From: Verrucomicrobiia bacterium
Lineage (GTDB): Bacteria; Verrucomicrobiota; Verrucomicrobiia; Palsa-1439
Reading direction: 5' to 3'
Assembly: GCA_049510215.1 (NCBI GenBank)
Contig: JBEKZD010000026.1
Span: 1,289-65,288 of the forward strand
DNA: 64,000 nucleotides
The notes under the pieces: generated by a model
The model's database searches: none
Told to the model about the DNA's origin: nothing
Seen by the model: only the letters and a program-made list of their open reading frames with translations
Translations under genes and position numbers: made by a program
Shown here: piece by piece, positions 10,552 to 19,674 of the stretch
How positions within the stretch are numbered: the stretch's first letter is position 1
Layout of the letters: each line of letters opens with the position of its first letter

Positions 10552-10748
10552 AGCCGCGCAGTATGCCAGTTCGAGTAGTTGCCGGCAAGCGCCTGAAATC
10601 GCGGGTAGTGGGCTACTTTGAAACGCGATAATTTCCTGCCTGTCTAAACCGCAATCCCGTAGGTCGCCTTTTTTAAGGCGAGGTGTCGCCAATGACGGCG
10701 CTCCTAATGCGAAAGGTGGCGACTATTATGACGCCATTGCTTTGGAAG

Positions 10749-11069
10749 TTACGGCTTGGTGCTCTGTGTCTGGTTATGCTGGCCTGCCTGAATATGATAA
10801 GAGTCTGCATTTCGATTCTCATGGAGCATTATGGCTGTCTGAACCGCAGCAAAGGCAAGAAGCGCGATTGTGACGAGAAGCAGCGCCCAAGTGAGTCTGA
10901 CAATTCGCCGCGTGGAAATCTCGCCAAGCTGCAAGGAAAGCGCCAAAATACGCAGCCACACGTTCGTAACTCTCTGCTCAAAATCTGCCCCAGCAAGTTC
11001 TTTGTCGGGTTTCTCGATTTTTTCACGAAGTGCAGCAATTTGTGCGTGAAGTTCTTTGGCGGTCTGCAT
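10749..11069 (-). CDS. IS passenger: small single-pass membrane protein
   Basis: GGAG SD before ATG 11069; hydrophobic helix LTWALLLVTIALLAFAAV. Confidence 0.55.
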   Translation of the reverse strand: MQTAKELHAQIAALREKIEKPDKELAGADFEQRVTNVWLRILALSLQLGEISTRRIVRLTWALLLVTIALLAFAAVQTAIMLHENRNADSYHIQAGQHNQTQSTKP

Positions 11070-11125
11070 AAGCCATAGCTCCTGTGGTTTGGGTTTGGTG
11101 TGTACAAATCCTGCCACGGGTGGCA

Positions 11126-11956
11126 TCATTGGTCAAGAAGCGCAACGACTTCTTCCAGACTCCAAACGTGATCGGCAACGCCCGCTTCCATTGCCGGTGT
11201 CACGCGTAGGCTTTGGTGGATTCGGCAGAAGTTGTAGTGCATCATATAAAGCGCAACTGCGTGCTTGTGATTCTCCACCTTCTTGCTGAAAGCATTAGTC
11301 AGGCGTGTGAATCGGCGATTGCCCATTCGCAACGACAAATTTTGACGCTCTACATAACTGGTGGAGACAAGCGCCGGATTTGGGTTGCCTGCGATTGTGG
11401 TTTTGCGTGTGCCGATACATGCTGGCGGACTATATTTGACTTCGGGCTGTGGCGTTTCGCTCCCGTAAAGCTTTACCAATTGCGCGAAATCAATTTCCGA
11501 ACCAAACGCATCTTCCACTGCTTGAACATAAGCGCGATGACCATCTGAGGTTAATTGAACTCGATGTTTCAACCGGCTGCTCAAATCTTGGATAAACCAG
11601 TAGGCATCGGTCGCGCCTCGATTTCCTATATGCCATGATGCAACAAGCTTAGACTGAGCATCTAACGCAATCCAAGTCCAAGTATCACCAATTCCATCAC
11701 AGCCCTGCAAATGCTCAGGAATGTTGGCCTGCTTACAATATGTAAAACTCCACACTTCATCCACCTGCAAAATTTTGCATGGCAGATTACGCATTACGCG
11801 ATCATGGTATTCAGCGCAAGCTTTGCCAACTTCTACAAGCACCCTAGAAACTGTTTTCTTGGCAAAACCCGTCATCCTGACGGTGCTGCGGAGGCTGCAT
11901 CCTTCCACTAGGCATGAGATTATTTGTGCTCGTTCCTTTACACTCAGACGGTTCAT
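11126..11956 (-). CDS. IS1-family DDE transposase
   Basis: N-terminal HTH (LVEGCSLRSTVRMTG), QVDEVWSF, LTSDG, STSYVERQNL.LRM..RRFTRLTNAFSKK, TPAMEAG. Confidence 0.9.
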   Translation of the reverse strand: MNRLSVKERAQIISCLVEGCSLRSTVRMTGFAKKTVSRVLVEVGKACAEYHDRVMRNLPCKILQVDEVWSFTYCKQANIPEHLQGCDGIGDTWTWIALDAQSKLVASWHIGNRGATDAYWFIQDLSSRLKHRVQLTSDGHRAYVQAVEDAFGSEIDFAQLVKLYGSETPQPEVKYSPPACIGTRKTTIAGNPNPALVSTSYVERQNLSLRMGNRRFTRLTNAFSKKVENHKHAVALYMMHYNFCRIHQSLRVTPAMEAGVADHVWSLEEVVALLDQ

Positions 11957-11967
11957 ATACTTTAGCC

Positions 11968-11996
11968 TTGCTTTTTTGGCCGGCCTCGGCTAAAGT
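11968..11996 (+). promoter_or_regulatory. Putative sigma70 promoter pointing away from the transposase
   Basis: TTGCTT-N17-TAAAGT, overlapping the inverted repeat ACTTTAGCC/GGCTAAAGT. Confidence 0.45.
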
Positions 11997-12101
11997 GACT
12001 TAGTATCGTAGAAGGTACGAGTCCTTTGGCCTCTGGCCGGGGATTCCTGCTCCGCAGTGTTCACGCATTGCGGAGCACACTTTCTTGTTCTTTAATCAGG
12101 G

Positions 12102-12194
12102 AAGGGGCGGCAGGAATCGAACCTGCAACCTCTCCCACGCAATGTTTGGTAACAATGCTGAATGGGAGTGCACGTTCCTTCGTGCTGCGCCCCT
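12102..12194 (-). ncRNA. tRNA-like cloverleaf with an elongated anticodon arm
   Basis: Acceptor AGGGGCG/CGCCCCT, D-arm GCAC-GAAGGAAC-GTGC, stem CTCCC/GGGAG enclosing 27 nt, T-arm GCAGG-TTCGATT-CCTGC; no encoded CCA. Confidence 0.65.
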
Positions 12195-12199
12195 GTAAC

Positions 12200-12235
12200 T
12201 TCCCCGCCTGTTTGTGCAGGCGGGGAATCCTTTTT
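12200..12235 (+). terminator. Intrinsic terminator-like hairpin
   Basis: 11-bp stem TTCCCCGCCTG/CAGGCGGGGAA followed by TCCTTTTT. Confidence 0.55.
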
Positions 12236-12241
12236 CAAACA

Positions 12242-12610
12242 TCACTTGTTCAACCTCCAAAGTCGTGCTTCTTGCACAAACGACTTTGGATTCTTTCGCA
12301 GTGTGAATGCAGTTGACGAGGCGGAGATTCCTGTCGCCCTAGAAATCTCGATCATCCTTGCGCCTTTGCCATCGGGCAAGTGCGTGAGATATTCTAAAAT
12401 GCGCGTCTTGTTCGCGCCGTGTGGCTGGCGACTTCCGGCACCGTTTCCGCCTTGTAGCTGTGCGCGTAACGTCTTGGCACTTTCTTCCAGCTTGTTGATT
12501 TCTTGGCTCAACGCATCACGGCTGCGAATCTTCTCCGAAATCTGGCGTTCAAATTCGGAGAGTATCCGCTTTGCTATTTCTGGTTCGACTTGCAGAGTTA
12601 GCGTCTTCAT
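12242..12610 (-). CDS. IS passenger: coiled-coil plus putative winged-helix protein
   Basis: N-terminal coiled coil; C-terminal ILEYL...EISRATGISASS; TTGCAA-N17-TACTGT upstream. Confidence 0.6.
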   Translation of the reverse strand: MKTLTLQVEPEIAKRILSEFERQISEKIRSRDALSQEINKLEESAKTLRAQLQGGNGAGSRQPHGANKTRILEYLTHLPDGKGARMIEISRATGISASSTAFTLRKNPKSFVQEARLWRLNK

Positions 12611-12757
12611 GGTAAGGGACAGTACACGGTCTTCCCGGACATTGCAACAAGTATTTTCAGATTTTTTACAGTGGGTAGGTAAGCCGACTTATTGGAACTG
12701 AGAACTTGTCATAACCGTTACCATTTGCCGGCGCAGATAAGCAGAAAACACCTGATT

Positions 12758-12895
12758 TTACTTGGTTTTTCTGCGTTTCTGGGATGCCTTTGGCGGCAGT
12801 TTGATGGGCTTTTCAGATAGCCTTATTACGTCGGCAACGACGCTGTGCGCAACCTGCGAGAAATCACCAGAGCGTTTTTTCTTGGGCTTAATCAT
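12758..12895 (-). CDS. IS passenger: 45-aa basic protein (below the ORF-track cutoff)
   Basis: Hand-translated as MIKPKKKRSGDFSQVAHSVVADVIRLSEKPIKLPPKASQKRRKTK*; first ORF inside the right TIR. Confidence 0.5.
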   Translation of the reverse strand: MIKPKKKRSGDFSQVAHSVVADVIRLSEKPIKLPPKASQKRRKTK

Positions 12896-12964
12896 GGCCG
12901 CATACTGCCACAGCAGGCAGCCCTTGTGAACTCAAAAATCAAAGTAGCCCACTACCAAATCGCG

Positions 12965-13035
12965 GTAGGAATACCGCTCCGACAGATCAGGATCGCGGCA
13001 GGAATGTTTACCCCGCTCTGCGGGGTCGCTCCTAC
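12965..13035. repeat. GTAG-type REP with a nested mini-hairpin
   Basis: GTAGGA...GATCGCGGCAGGAATG[..ACCCCGCTCTGCGGGGT]CGCTCCTAC, related to the REP arms in cdsA and proB. Confidence 0.65.
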
Positions 13036-13140
13036 GAAGTTCCTTTTAACCATTTTAACCTTTTCAACGGTCTAACCCTGCCGTTGGGCCTGGCGGCACA
13101 CGTTGACACCTCTGCCGACGACGACTACGATGACGCGCAG

Positions 13141-13776
13141 ATGAGCGCGTTTTGGAAGAATTTCAGGAATTCGTTTTTCGCCGGGCTGCTGGTCGTGGTT
13201 CCAGTAGCGGCCTCCATCTTGATCCTGCTCGGCTTGTTCAATTGGATCACCGATTTCATGTTGCCCGGGTCGCTGCGGACGCAGTTCCTGACGCCGTTGT
13301 ACCGGATCGGCGCTCTGATCGCGTTCGTGGTGCTCACCACGCTGGTGGGACGGGTGACGCGGTTGGTCGTCGGTCGGCGGATGGTCGCCGTCGTAGAAGA
13401 CATGATCCGGCGCGTGCCGCTGTTGAACAAGACGTATTCCTTCATGAAGGAAATCAGCCAGACACTGCTGGCCAGCAAGCGGACGATGTTTCAGCGCGTG
13501 GTGCTGGTGCAGTTCCCGCGGCCCGGCATCTATTCCATCGGTTTCGTCACCAGCGAAACCGCAGGCGAAGCGCAGGCGAAGACCAAGGAGATAGTCATCA
13601 ATGTGTTTGTGCCGACGACGCCGAATCCGACCAGTGGATTTCTGATCCTTGTGCCGCGCGAGCAACTCATCGACCTGGAAATGACCGTGGGCGAAGGAAT
13701 GAAGATGGTGATTTCCGGCGGCGCGGTCGTGCCGCCGTACACGGCCAAGACCCAGCAGCCAACAATGCCGTCGTGA
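13141..13776 (+). CDS. DUF502 membrane protein
   Basis: FFAGLLVVVP, RVVLVQFPR, VFVPTTPNPTSGF. Confidence 0.9.
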   Translation: MSAFWKNFRNSFFAGLLVVVPVAASILILLGLFNWITDFMLPGSLRTQFLTPLYRIGALIAFVVLTTLVGRVTRLVVGRRMVAVVEDMIRRVPLLNKTYSFMKEISQTLLASKRTMFQRVVLVQFPRPGIYSIGFVTSETAGEAQAKTKEIVINVFVPTTPNPTSGFLILVPREQLIDLEMTVGEGMKMVISGGAVVPPYTAKTQQPTMPS

Positions 13777-13788
13777 AGTTACGCCGCC

Positions 13789-14433
13789 ATGGACACCGAG
13801 CGCGCGGAAGCGATTGTGTTGCGTCTTCATCCCGTGACGGAATCGAGCCTGATCGTCACGTGGTTCACGCGCGAATGCGGCAAACTCAAAACAATGGCCA
13901 AAGGCGCGCGCCGGCCCAAAAGCCCGTTTCGCGGCAAGATCGATTTGTTCTACCACGACGAGATTCTGTTTTTGCGCAGCAAACGTAGCGACCTGCACCT
14001 GCTGCACGACTGCTTTCTGGAAAATCCGCACGCGAAATTGCGCGATTCTGTGGAAACATTGGCGGCGGCTTCGTACATCAGCGAGTTGGCGGATCTTGCC
14101 ACGGAGTTGGAAGATCCGAACCCGAAGTTGTTCGATGTGCTGGGCAAAACACTCGACGCGCTGGAAATCCAGCGAGGAAGATCCGCCGTAATCATCTGGT
14201 TCGAATTGCAGCTTCTCGCTGCCGTTGGGTGGGCGCCGAAGTGGGAGTCGCGCACCGCAGTCACCAAGGTTCTCGATTCTCTTGCCGCGACGAGCATCGA
14301 AGGCGCACGGCGTGTGCGATTGAGCGACGAACAACTCGCCAACGCCCGCACGGTCGTGTGGAATTTCCTCGACGAGCAGATCGGCAAAGCGCCCCGCTCG
14401 CGCAAGCTGTTGGTGGAAACTTTGCCTCGGTGA
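13789..14433 (+). CDS. recO: DNA repair protein RecO
   Basis: AIVLR...ESSLIV.WFTRECGKL..MAKGARRPKS, FELQLL...GW.P. Confidence 0.88.
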   Translation: MDTERAEAIVLRLHPVTESSLIVTWFTRECGKLKTMAKGARRPKSPFRGKIDLFYHDEILFLRSKRSDLHLLHDCFLENPHAKLRDSVETLAAASYISELADLATELEDPNPKLFDVLGKTLDALEIQRGRSAVIIWFELQLLAAVGWAPKWESRTAVTKVLDSLAATSIEGARRVRLSDEQLANARTVVWNFLDEQIGKAPRSRKLLVETLPR

Positions 14434-14472
14434 ATTTGCGTCCGCCGCCGGCCGCGCCGTTCTTCTCATGGA

Positions 14473-14536
14473 TGGTGGGACAGGCCTCCGTGCCTGTCTA
14501 GATCCGTCCGCACAGGCAGGGACGCCTGTGCCACCA
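14473..14536. repeat. Intergenic REP doublet between convergent recO and lpxA
   Basis: TGGTGGGACAGGCCTCCGTGCCTGT / ACAGGCAGGGACGCCTGTGCCACCA. Confidence 0.85.
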
Positions 14537-14561
14537 AAAACTTGCTAGACCACTTCTACTG

Positions 14562-15362
14562 CTACGTCCGCCGCGGCGGCGGACAGATGCCGTTGGGCGA
14601 GTTGCGCACGAACTCGATGAACTCGCGCGCCTCGTCCGTCGCAAACGCGCCGTCCTGCGACGCCTGTTTCAGCGCCTCCGAACAGTTCAGGCCGGAAAGG
14701 TAGAACAGCTTGAACAGCTTCTTGATCTCCGCGATCGCTGCCGGAGAGATTTTGGCGCGCTTCAACCCGACAAGGTTCACGGCGTGAACCTCGTTCCGTT
14801 CTGCTGCCAGCAGAAATGGCGGCACGTCCATCGACACGCGAGCATTGCCCGAGAACATCGCCAGCCGCCCGACGTGCGTGAACTGGTGAATCACCACGCC
14901 GCCCGAAATGAACGCCTGGTCGCCGACATGCACGTGACCCGCCAGCAACGCGCAGTTGCAGATGATGACGTTGTTGCCAATGACGCAGTTGTGCCCGACG
15001 TGCGACACGCCCATGAGATAACAATCGTTGCCGATGATCGTGGCGCTCTCAGGCTCCGTGCCGCGATGCACCGTGCAGTATTCGCGGAAGACGTTCCGGT
15101 CGCCGATTCTCAGGTAGCTGCGGCAGTTGCGGTCGAACTTCAGGTCCTGTGGCTCGTGCCCGATCACCGCACCCATGTGGATTTGGTTGTCCCGCCCGAT
15201 CTCGGTGTAGCCGGTGATGTACGCGTTGGCCCAAACTCGCGTCCCCGCGCCAATCTTCACGTGATCTTCGATGATCGCATTAGGTCCGACCTCGACGGTC
15301 GGGTCGAGTTCCGCCTTCGGACTCACCCCGAAGGCTTTCGGGGCTGTTGGATGAATGGCCAT
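14562..15362 (-). CDS. lpxA: UDP-N-acetylglucosamine O-acyltransferase
   Basis: Hexapeptide repeats, PQDLK, TVHRGT, SHVGHNC, LAGHV, IHQF, N.VGLKR. Confidence 0.9.
   Translation of the reverse strand: MAIHPTAPKAFGVSPKAELDPTVEVGPNAIIEDHVKIGAGTRVWANAYITGYTEIGRDNQIHMGAVIGHEPQDLKFDRNCRSYLRIGDRNVFREYCTVHRGTEPESATIIGNDCYLMGVSHVGHNCVIGNNVIICNCALLAGHVHVGDQAFISGGVVIHQFTHVGRLAMFSGNARVSMDVPPFLLAAERNEVHAVNLVGLKRAKISPAAIAEIKKLFKLFYLSGLNCSEALKQASQDGAFATDEAREFIEFVRNSPNGICPPPRRT
15326..15343. repeat. 18-bp mini-palindrome in the lpxA N-terminus
   Basis: CCCCGAAGGCTTTCGGGG, encoding PKAFG. Confidence 0.75.
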
Positions 15363-15461
15363 ATAGTCGTGAGTGTTTGTGCCACAACCAAAGCAGAAAT
15401 TCCATCACGGAAACAAGCTGCGAATGGGAATCACAACTGGAACGGTATGCGTGCGATGCGG

Positions 15462-16955
15462 TCAGTGCAGGCCCAAGTCCCGCAACGCCGCGCCGGCCCC
15501 GGCGAGGTTTTCGGGTTTCATCTCGACGTAATTGCGGGAGAGGAACACGCCCGGGGCGCCGGCCTTGAAAACCGCCAGCACTTCTTGTCGGACGCTCTCG
15601 GGCGTGCAGTGGCTGGCGCCTGCGGGCACGGGCACGTCGATGTCGATGCCGGGCCAGACCTGGGTTGACGTACCGGCCACGCCTTCCAGCGCTCGTTTCG
15701 TTTCGCGAAGGACATAATCGGCGGAGAAACCCGTCGAGGCCAGCTTGTCGTACGGAGCTTCCTGGTAATCGAGCACCCGGTAGAGGAATTCGAGTGTCTG
15801 GTCGGGCGGCACATCACCGAAAACGTTGGCGTGAGTACTGTCCACGAAACTCTTCATGCGGTTGGCGGCGGAGTTGCTGTAGGGCACCGGCCGTATGAAG
15901 TCGGAGTAGGCCGTTATCTCCGCAAAATCTTCCTCGGCCCGGTGGAACGGACTGAACGTCAGATTGTGCCACGTGTGCCAGCCGACGACGATTGAAGGCT
16001 TGATAGATTTGACCTTGCGATAAACGTCGGCTTGGAACTCGTGTCGGCTCGTGACCCAGAGGTTGTCCCAGGCGAGCAATTCGGGATAGTGGAGCAGGAG
16101 CCGCCAGAAGGAAACGAAGTAGCCGTCGCGTGGACGTTTACCGGCCCTGCCGTTGCGGACAAAGGTTTCCAGTTCCCCGAAACCCCGACGCGCCCGGTCG
16201 GCGTCGATCCCCATGTCTTTGGCTTTTTTCACGCAGAATTCGCAGAAACAGGTGACCCGTCCGGGATCGGACTTTGCGCCGTTGTGATAAGCGCCGAGCG
16301 CGTTGAACAGCGCGCCCTGTCGTTCCGATCCCCACATGATGCCGTCGATCTCGTAGGAGCGAGAGTAATCTTCAACCAGCCCGAGCAGCCAGGCGCGATA
16401 CATGGGATTGTTGTAACACGGCCCGCCCGGATGGCCTTCGGAGCGGCGACCGTGGAAATCGACCTCGTAGAGAGGCTCCCAATGTGCAATCGCGGGGCGT
16501 TTGTTGTCTTCGATGATCCAGGCGAACGTCTTGATGCCATGTTTGTGAGCTGCGGGAATCAGGCGGGCGAACACATCCACGTCGCCAAACTCCGTGCCGC
16601 GCATGTCTTCGTACGTGAGGCCCGTGTCCTTGTAATATTCCATGTGCGGAATCGCGTAATTGCCGCCGCGGAAGCCGGCCGCGGGCAATCCCGCCCGGGC
16701 CGTCCCGTGGGTGTAGATGAACGGAAAGATCGCGTTGACGCCTGCACGTTGTTGGAGGTCGTCCAGCAACTTGTCGAGGTCTTGCTTGGCAAAAGGGGCC
16801 GGGCTGGTCGCGATGGCGACCATTGCGGCCTTGCGCGCGGCCGGTGCTGGTGTTTCAGCGGCGGCAAGTTCTGGGATGCGCGACAAAGCTGCCGTGACAC
16901 CGAGTGCGGCAGCGGCTTTCAGTGCTTCACGACGGGTCATGGGTTGATCGTTCAT
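15462..16955 (-). CDS. Tat-exported glycoside-hydrolase-like TIM-barrel protein
   Basis: MTRREALK twin-arginine signal; C.NNP.YR...YEIDGI motif typical of GHL-like folds. Confidence 0.6.
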   Translation of the reverse strand: MNDQPMTRREALKAAAALGVTAALSRIPELAAAETPAPAARKAAMVAIATSPAPFAKQDLDKLLDDLQQRAGVNAIFPFIYTHGTARAGLPAAGFRGGNYAIPHMEYYKDTGLTYEDMRGTEFGDVDVFARLIPAAHKHGIKTFAWIIEDNKRPAIAHWEPLYEVDFHGRRSEGHPGGPCYNNPMYRAWLLGLVEDYSRSYEIDGIMWGSERQGALFNALGAYHNGAKSDPGRVTCFCEFCVKKAKDMGIDADRARRGFGELETFVRNGRAGKRPRDGYFVSFWRLLLHYPELLAWDNLWVTSRHEFQADVYRKVKSIKPSIVVGWHTWHNLTFSPFHRAEEDFAEITAYSDFIRPVPYSNSAANRMKSFVDSTHANVFGDVPPDQTLEFLYRVLDYQEAPYDKLASTGFSADYVLRETKRALEGVAGTSTQVWPGIDIDVPVPAGASHCTPESVRQEVLAVFKAGAPGVFLSRNYVEMKPENLAGAGAALRDLGLH

Positions 16956-17257
16956 GATGGACTCCTAGCCGCCAAGCTTCTGATGCGGACTGGGCGGCAG
17001 CTGTTTGCGTAGGTCTTTTGCAAGTTGTTTGAGCTTTTCAGGGTTCACGGCTGTCAATATGCCAACGCGAGACGCTGCCGGCAAGTTTGGACGGGGGGAG
17101 ACTTGCGGTCAAACATCGTACGCGGTCAGGAGACCGGCGCACATCTTAGAAGGTGTGCACAGGACGGTAGAATGGCTGGCCGATCAGGCGGGTGGGACTT
17201 GATCGGTACTCGAACTGCCGATATGATGAGCACACGACAAGAAACGGCTCGGCACTA

Positions 17258-18172
17258 ATGCCCGCAAGAACGAACCAATTCCAAAAGCTGGTCTATGAAA
17301 TTGAACGACAGCTTGCGCCGCTCGGCGCGGTTGTCGAAGAATCTGCGATGTTACCCGAGCGTGTAACCGGGGAGCTCCGTGAGGTCGATATCCTCGTTTC
17401 GCTTGACGAAGGACATCATCGCGTTCGAATTGGAATCGAGTGCCAAGACCGGTCACGGCCAGCGACCAAGCAGTGGGTAGAAGCAATAGCGAAGAAACAC
17501 GAGGATCTCGGAATTAATAAGACAGTCTTGATCTCGTCGTCGGGATTCTATGCTGCTGCCAGACGACGGGCAGAGTCGTTATTCGTAAGCGTCCTTGACA
17601 TTACGGGCATAGCTAAGGCCGATTGGCCTACTGAAGTCTTGCGCAATTTGAAGGTACCCGTGAGAGACCGCAGCTCAGAGATCATCAAAATCGGTTGGGG
17701 CTTTCTTGAACTTGGACCGGGCCAGACACGGAAAACGGTATCGAACTTGAAGGGCGTCACAGCCCAGTTACCGAACGGTCCTCGAGTCGATTTACTCAAA
17801 GTCGTGCAGCAGTACGGCAACGGCATTCTAGAGCAAGCAGCGGGGCAAGACGAAGGTCCGCAAGTTGCCATAGGCCGGCTACACCACGATCTACGGCTTT
17901 ACCGGGGCCGCGAGTTTATCGGCGTAGTAAGGTTTCTCTTTCTACGCTGGAAACACACAACGCGATTCTTCGCAATCCGGCTTAAGCCGTTTCGTTACGG
18001 CAATCGAGTTCTGGCCGTCGGACAGGCAAAGCGGCGGGGAATCCAGTGGACCGCGAGCGCAATCGTGGAGAGTCCGGGCGTCGTGCGGATAAGATGCGAG
18101 GCGCCGGGAACTCTCAAGACAACTCTTAGAGTCGGCAAGCTTCCTAAAGGACAAGAGCATCTTGCGATGTAA
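17258..18172 (+). CDS. Restriction-endonuclease-like PD-(D/E)xK (Mrr_cat-like) protein
   Basis: REVDIL...IGIECQD, ISSSGF..AA; no adjacent methyltransferase. Confidence 0.7.
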   Translation: MPARTNQFQKLVYEIERQLAPLGAVVEESAMLPERVTGELREVDILVSLDEGHHRVRIGIECQDRSRPATKQWVEAIAKKHEDLGINKTVLISSSGFYAAARRRAESLFVSVLDITGIAKADWPTEVLRNLKVPVRDRSSEIIKIGWGFLELGPGQTRKTVSNLKGVTAQLPNGPRVDLLKVVQQYGNGILEQAAGQDEGPQVAIGRLHHDLRLYRGREFIGVVRFLFLRWKHTTRFFAIRLKPFRYGNRVLAVGQAKRRGIQWTASAIVESPGVVRIRCEAPGTLKTTLRVGKLPKGQEHLAM

Positions 18173-18403
18173 TGCCTCCGCGACTCGACGGTTACAGGCG
18201 GCCGTTCCCGAGGCATTCGCGGCGCGCATCAAGCGGGAGAGCGTCGTCAACGCTTGGGATGACGAGCGGTTTGCCAGCGCCTGCCGGCAAACGGGACAAC
18301 TGCGGGAGTGACCCCTTCGAGCCATGGATTGGCGGAGGCCGTCAAATTGTGGAAATGCTGGAATGCTTGAATTCGCATTCATGCAAACACAGTAGGTTGA
18401 AAG

Positions 18404-19615
18404 CTAATACTGCGGCACGTTGGGGTCGATGCGCTCGGCCCAGGCGTTGATACCGCCGGCGACGTTCTTGAGCTTGGGGTAACCATGGCTCCGCAGGAAT
18501 TTGAGGGCACGCGTGCTGCGGGCACCCGTCTTGCAGTGGAGGACGATGAGTTTGTCCTTGGGCAGTTCCTTGAACCGTTGCGGCAGATCGGGCAATGGGA
18601 GTTTTACCGAACCGTCGATGGTGCAAATCTGGAATTCGTCCGGGTTGCGCACGTCCACGAGGACGAAATCTTCTTTCGCGTCGCGCATCTTCTTGAGTTG
18701 TTCGACGCTGATGTCGTCGGGGCCGAGGCCGGCATCTTCTTTTCCCACAGTTGAATCTCTTGGTGTTCCCGCTTCCTCGCCGCCCCGAAAGCTTTCGGGG
18801 CAGAATTGGTTGTAATCGATCAGCTTCGTAATCGTCGGGTGCTTGCCGCACACGGGGCAGTCGGGGTCGCGCGGAATCTTGTACTCGCGGAAGCTCATAT
18901 CCATCGCGTCAAATCGCAGGAGCCGGCCCATGAGCGGTTTGCCTTTACCGATGATGAGCTTGACGGCTTCGTTGGCTTGGATGTTGCCGATGATGCCGCA
19001 GATGACGCCGAGCACGCCGCCTTCGGCGCAGCTTGGGACGAGGCCGGGCGGGGGCGGCTCGGGATACCAGCAGCGGTAGCACGGCCCACCGAGATGCGGC
19101 GCGAACACGCTGGCCATGCCTTCCCAGCGGAAGATCGAGCCGTACACGTTCGGTTTCTTGAGCATCACACAGGCGTCGTTGACCAGATAACGCGTCGGGA
19201 AATTGTCCGTGCCGTCAATGACGATGTCGTAGTCCTTGAGAATATCGAGCGCGTTCTCGCTGGTGAGCTTGACGGGGTGCGGGATGAACTTCAGGTTCGG
19301 ATTGATCGCCTTCATCTTTTCTTCGGCGCTCTTGAGCTTGTGTTTGCCAACGTCGGCGGTGAAGTGAATGATCTGCCGCTGGAGATTACTGAAGTCCACC
19401 GTGTCGAACTCGACCATGCCGATGGTGCCGACGCCGGCCGCGGTCAGATAAAGCGCGAGCGGTGAGCCGAGTCCGCCCGAGCCGATGAGCAACACCTTCG
19501 CCGCTTTGAGCCGCTCCTGGCCTTCCATGCCGACTTCGGGCAGAATGAGGTGACGCGAGTAGCGTTTGATCTCCTCGTTGGTGAGCTTCACGCGGTTGGT
19601 GACGATGGGTTCCAT
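18404..19615 (-). CDS. moeB: MoeB/MoeZ adenylyltransferase with C-terminal rhodanese
   Basis: RYSRHLIL, GSGGLGSP, SNLQRQ, CYRC, SCAEGGV, CPVC, rhodanese HCKTGARS. Confidence 0.93.
   Translation of the reverse strand: MEPIVTNRVKLTNEEIKRYSRHLILPEVGMEGQERLKAAKVLLIGSGGLGSPLALYLTAAGVGTIGMVEFDTVDFSNLQRQIIHFTADVGKHKLKSAEEKMKAINPNLKFIPHPVKLTSENALDILKDYDIVIDGTDNFPTRYLVNDACVMLKKPNVYGSIFRWEGMASVFAPHLGGPCYRCWYPEPPPPGLVPSCAEGGVLGVICGIIGNIQANEAVKLIIGKGKPLMGRLLRFDAMDMSFREYKIPRDPDCPVCGKHPTITKLIDYNQFCPESFRGGEEAGTPRDSTVGKEDAGLGPDDISVEQLKKMRDAKEDFVLVDVRNPDEFQICTIDGSVKLPLPDLPQRFKELPKDKLIVLHCKTGARSTRALKFLRSHGYPKLKNVAGGINAWAERIDPNVPQY
18782..18801. repeat. 20-bp perfect palindrome inside moeB
   Basis: GCCCCGAAAGCTTTCGGGGC, encoding PESFRG between QFC and G. 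Confidence 0.8.
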
Positions 19616-19674
19616 GAAATCGCGCCGTAGTCTAGTGCATTTGTGGCCGATTGCAACCGGCTCGCGGTGGAAAA

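Larger units (their letters stand above)
10604..12956 (-). mobile_element. Complete IS1-family element with passenger genes (2353 bp)
   Basis: Perfect 18-bp TIRs GGTAGTGGGCTACTTTGA (10604-10621) / TCAAAGTAGCCCACTACC (12939-12956); 8-bp TSD AAATCGCG at 10596-10603 and 12957-12964; lower GC than the flanks. Confidence 0.93.

Noticed and set aside
10552-10692. N-terminal extension of the ORF6N gene in the ORF track
   Set aside because: It runs across the TSD into the IS left end; the family-like sequence starts at 10551.
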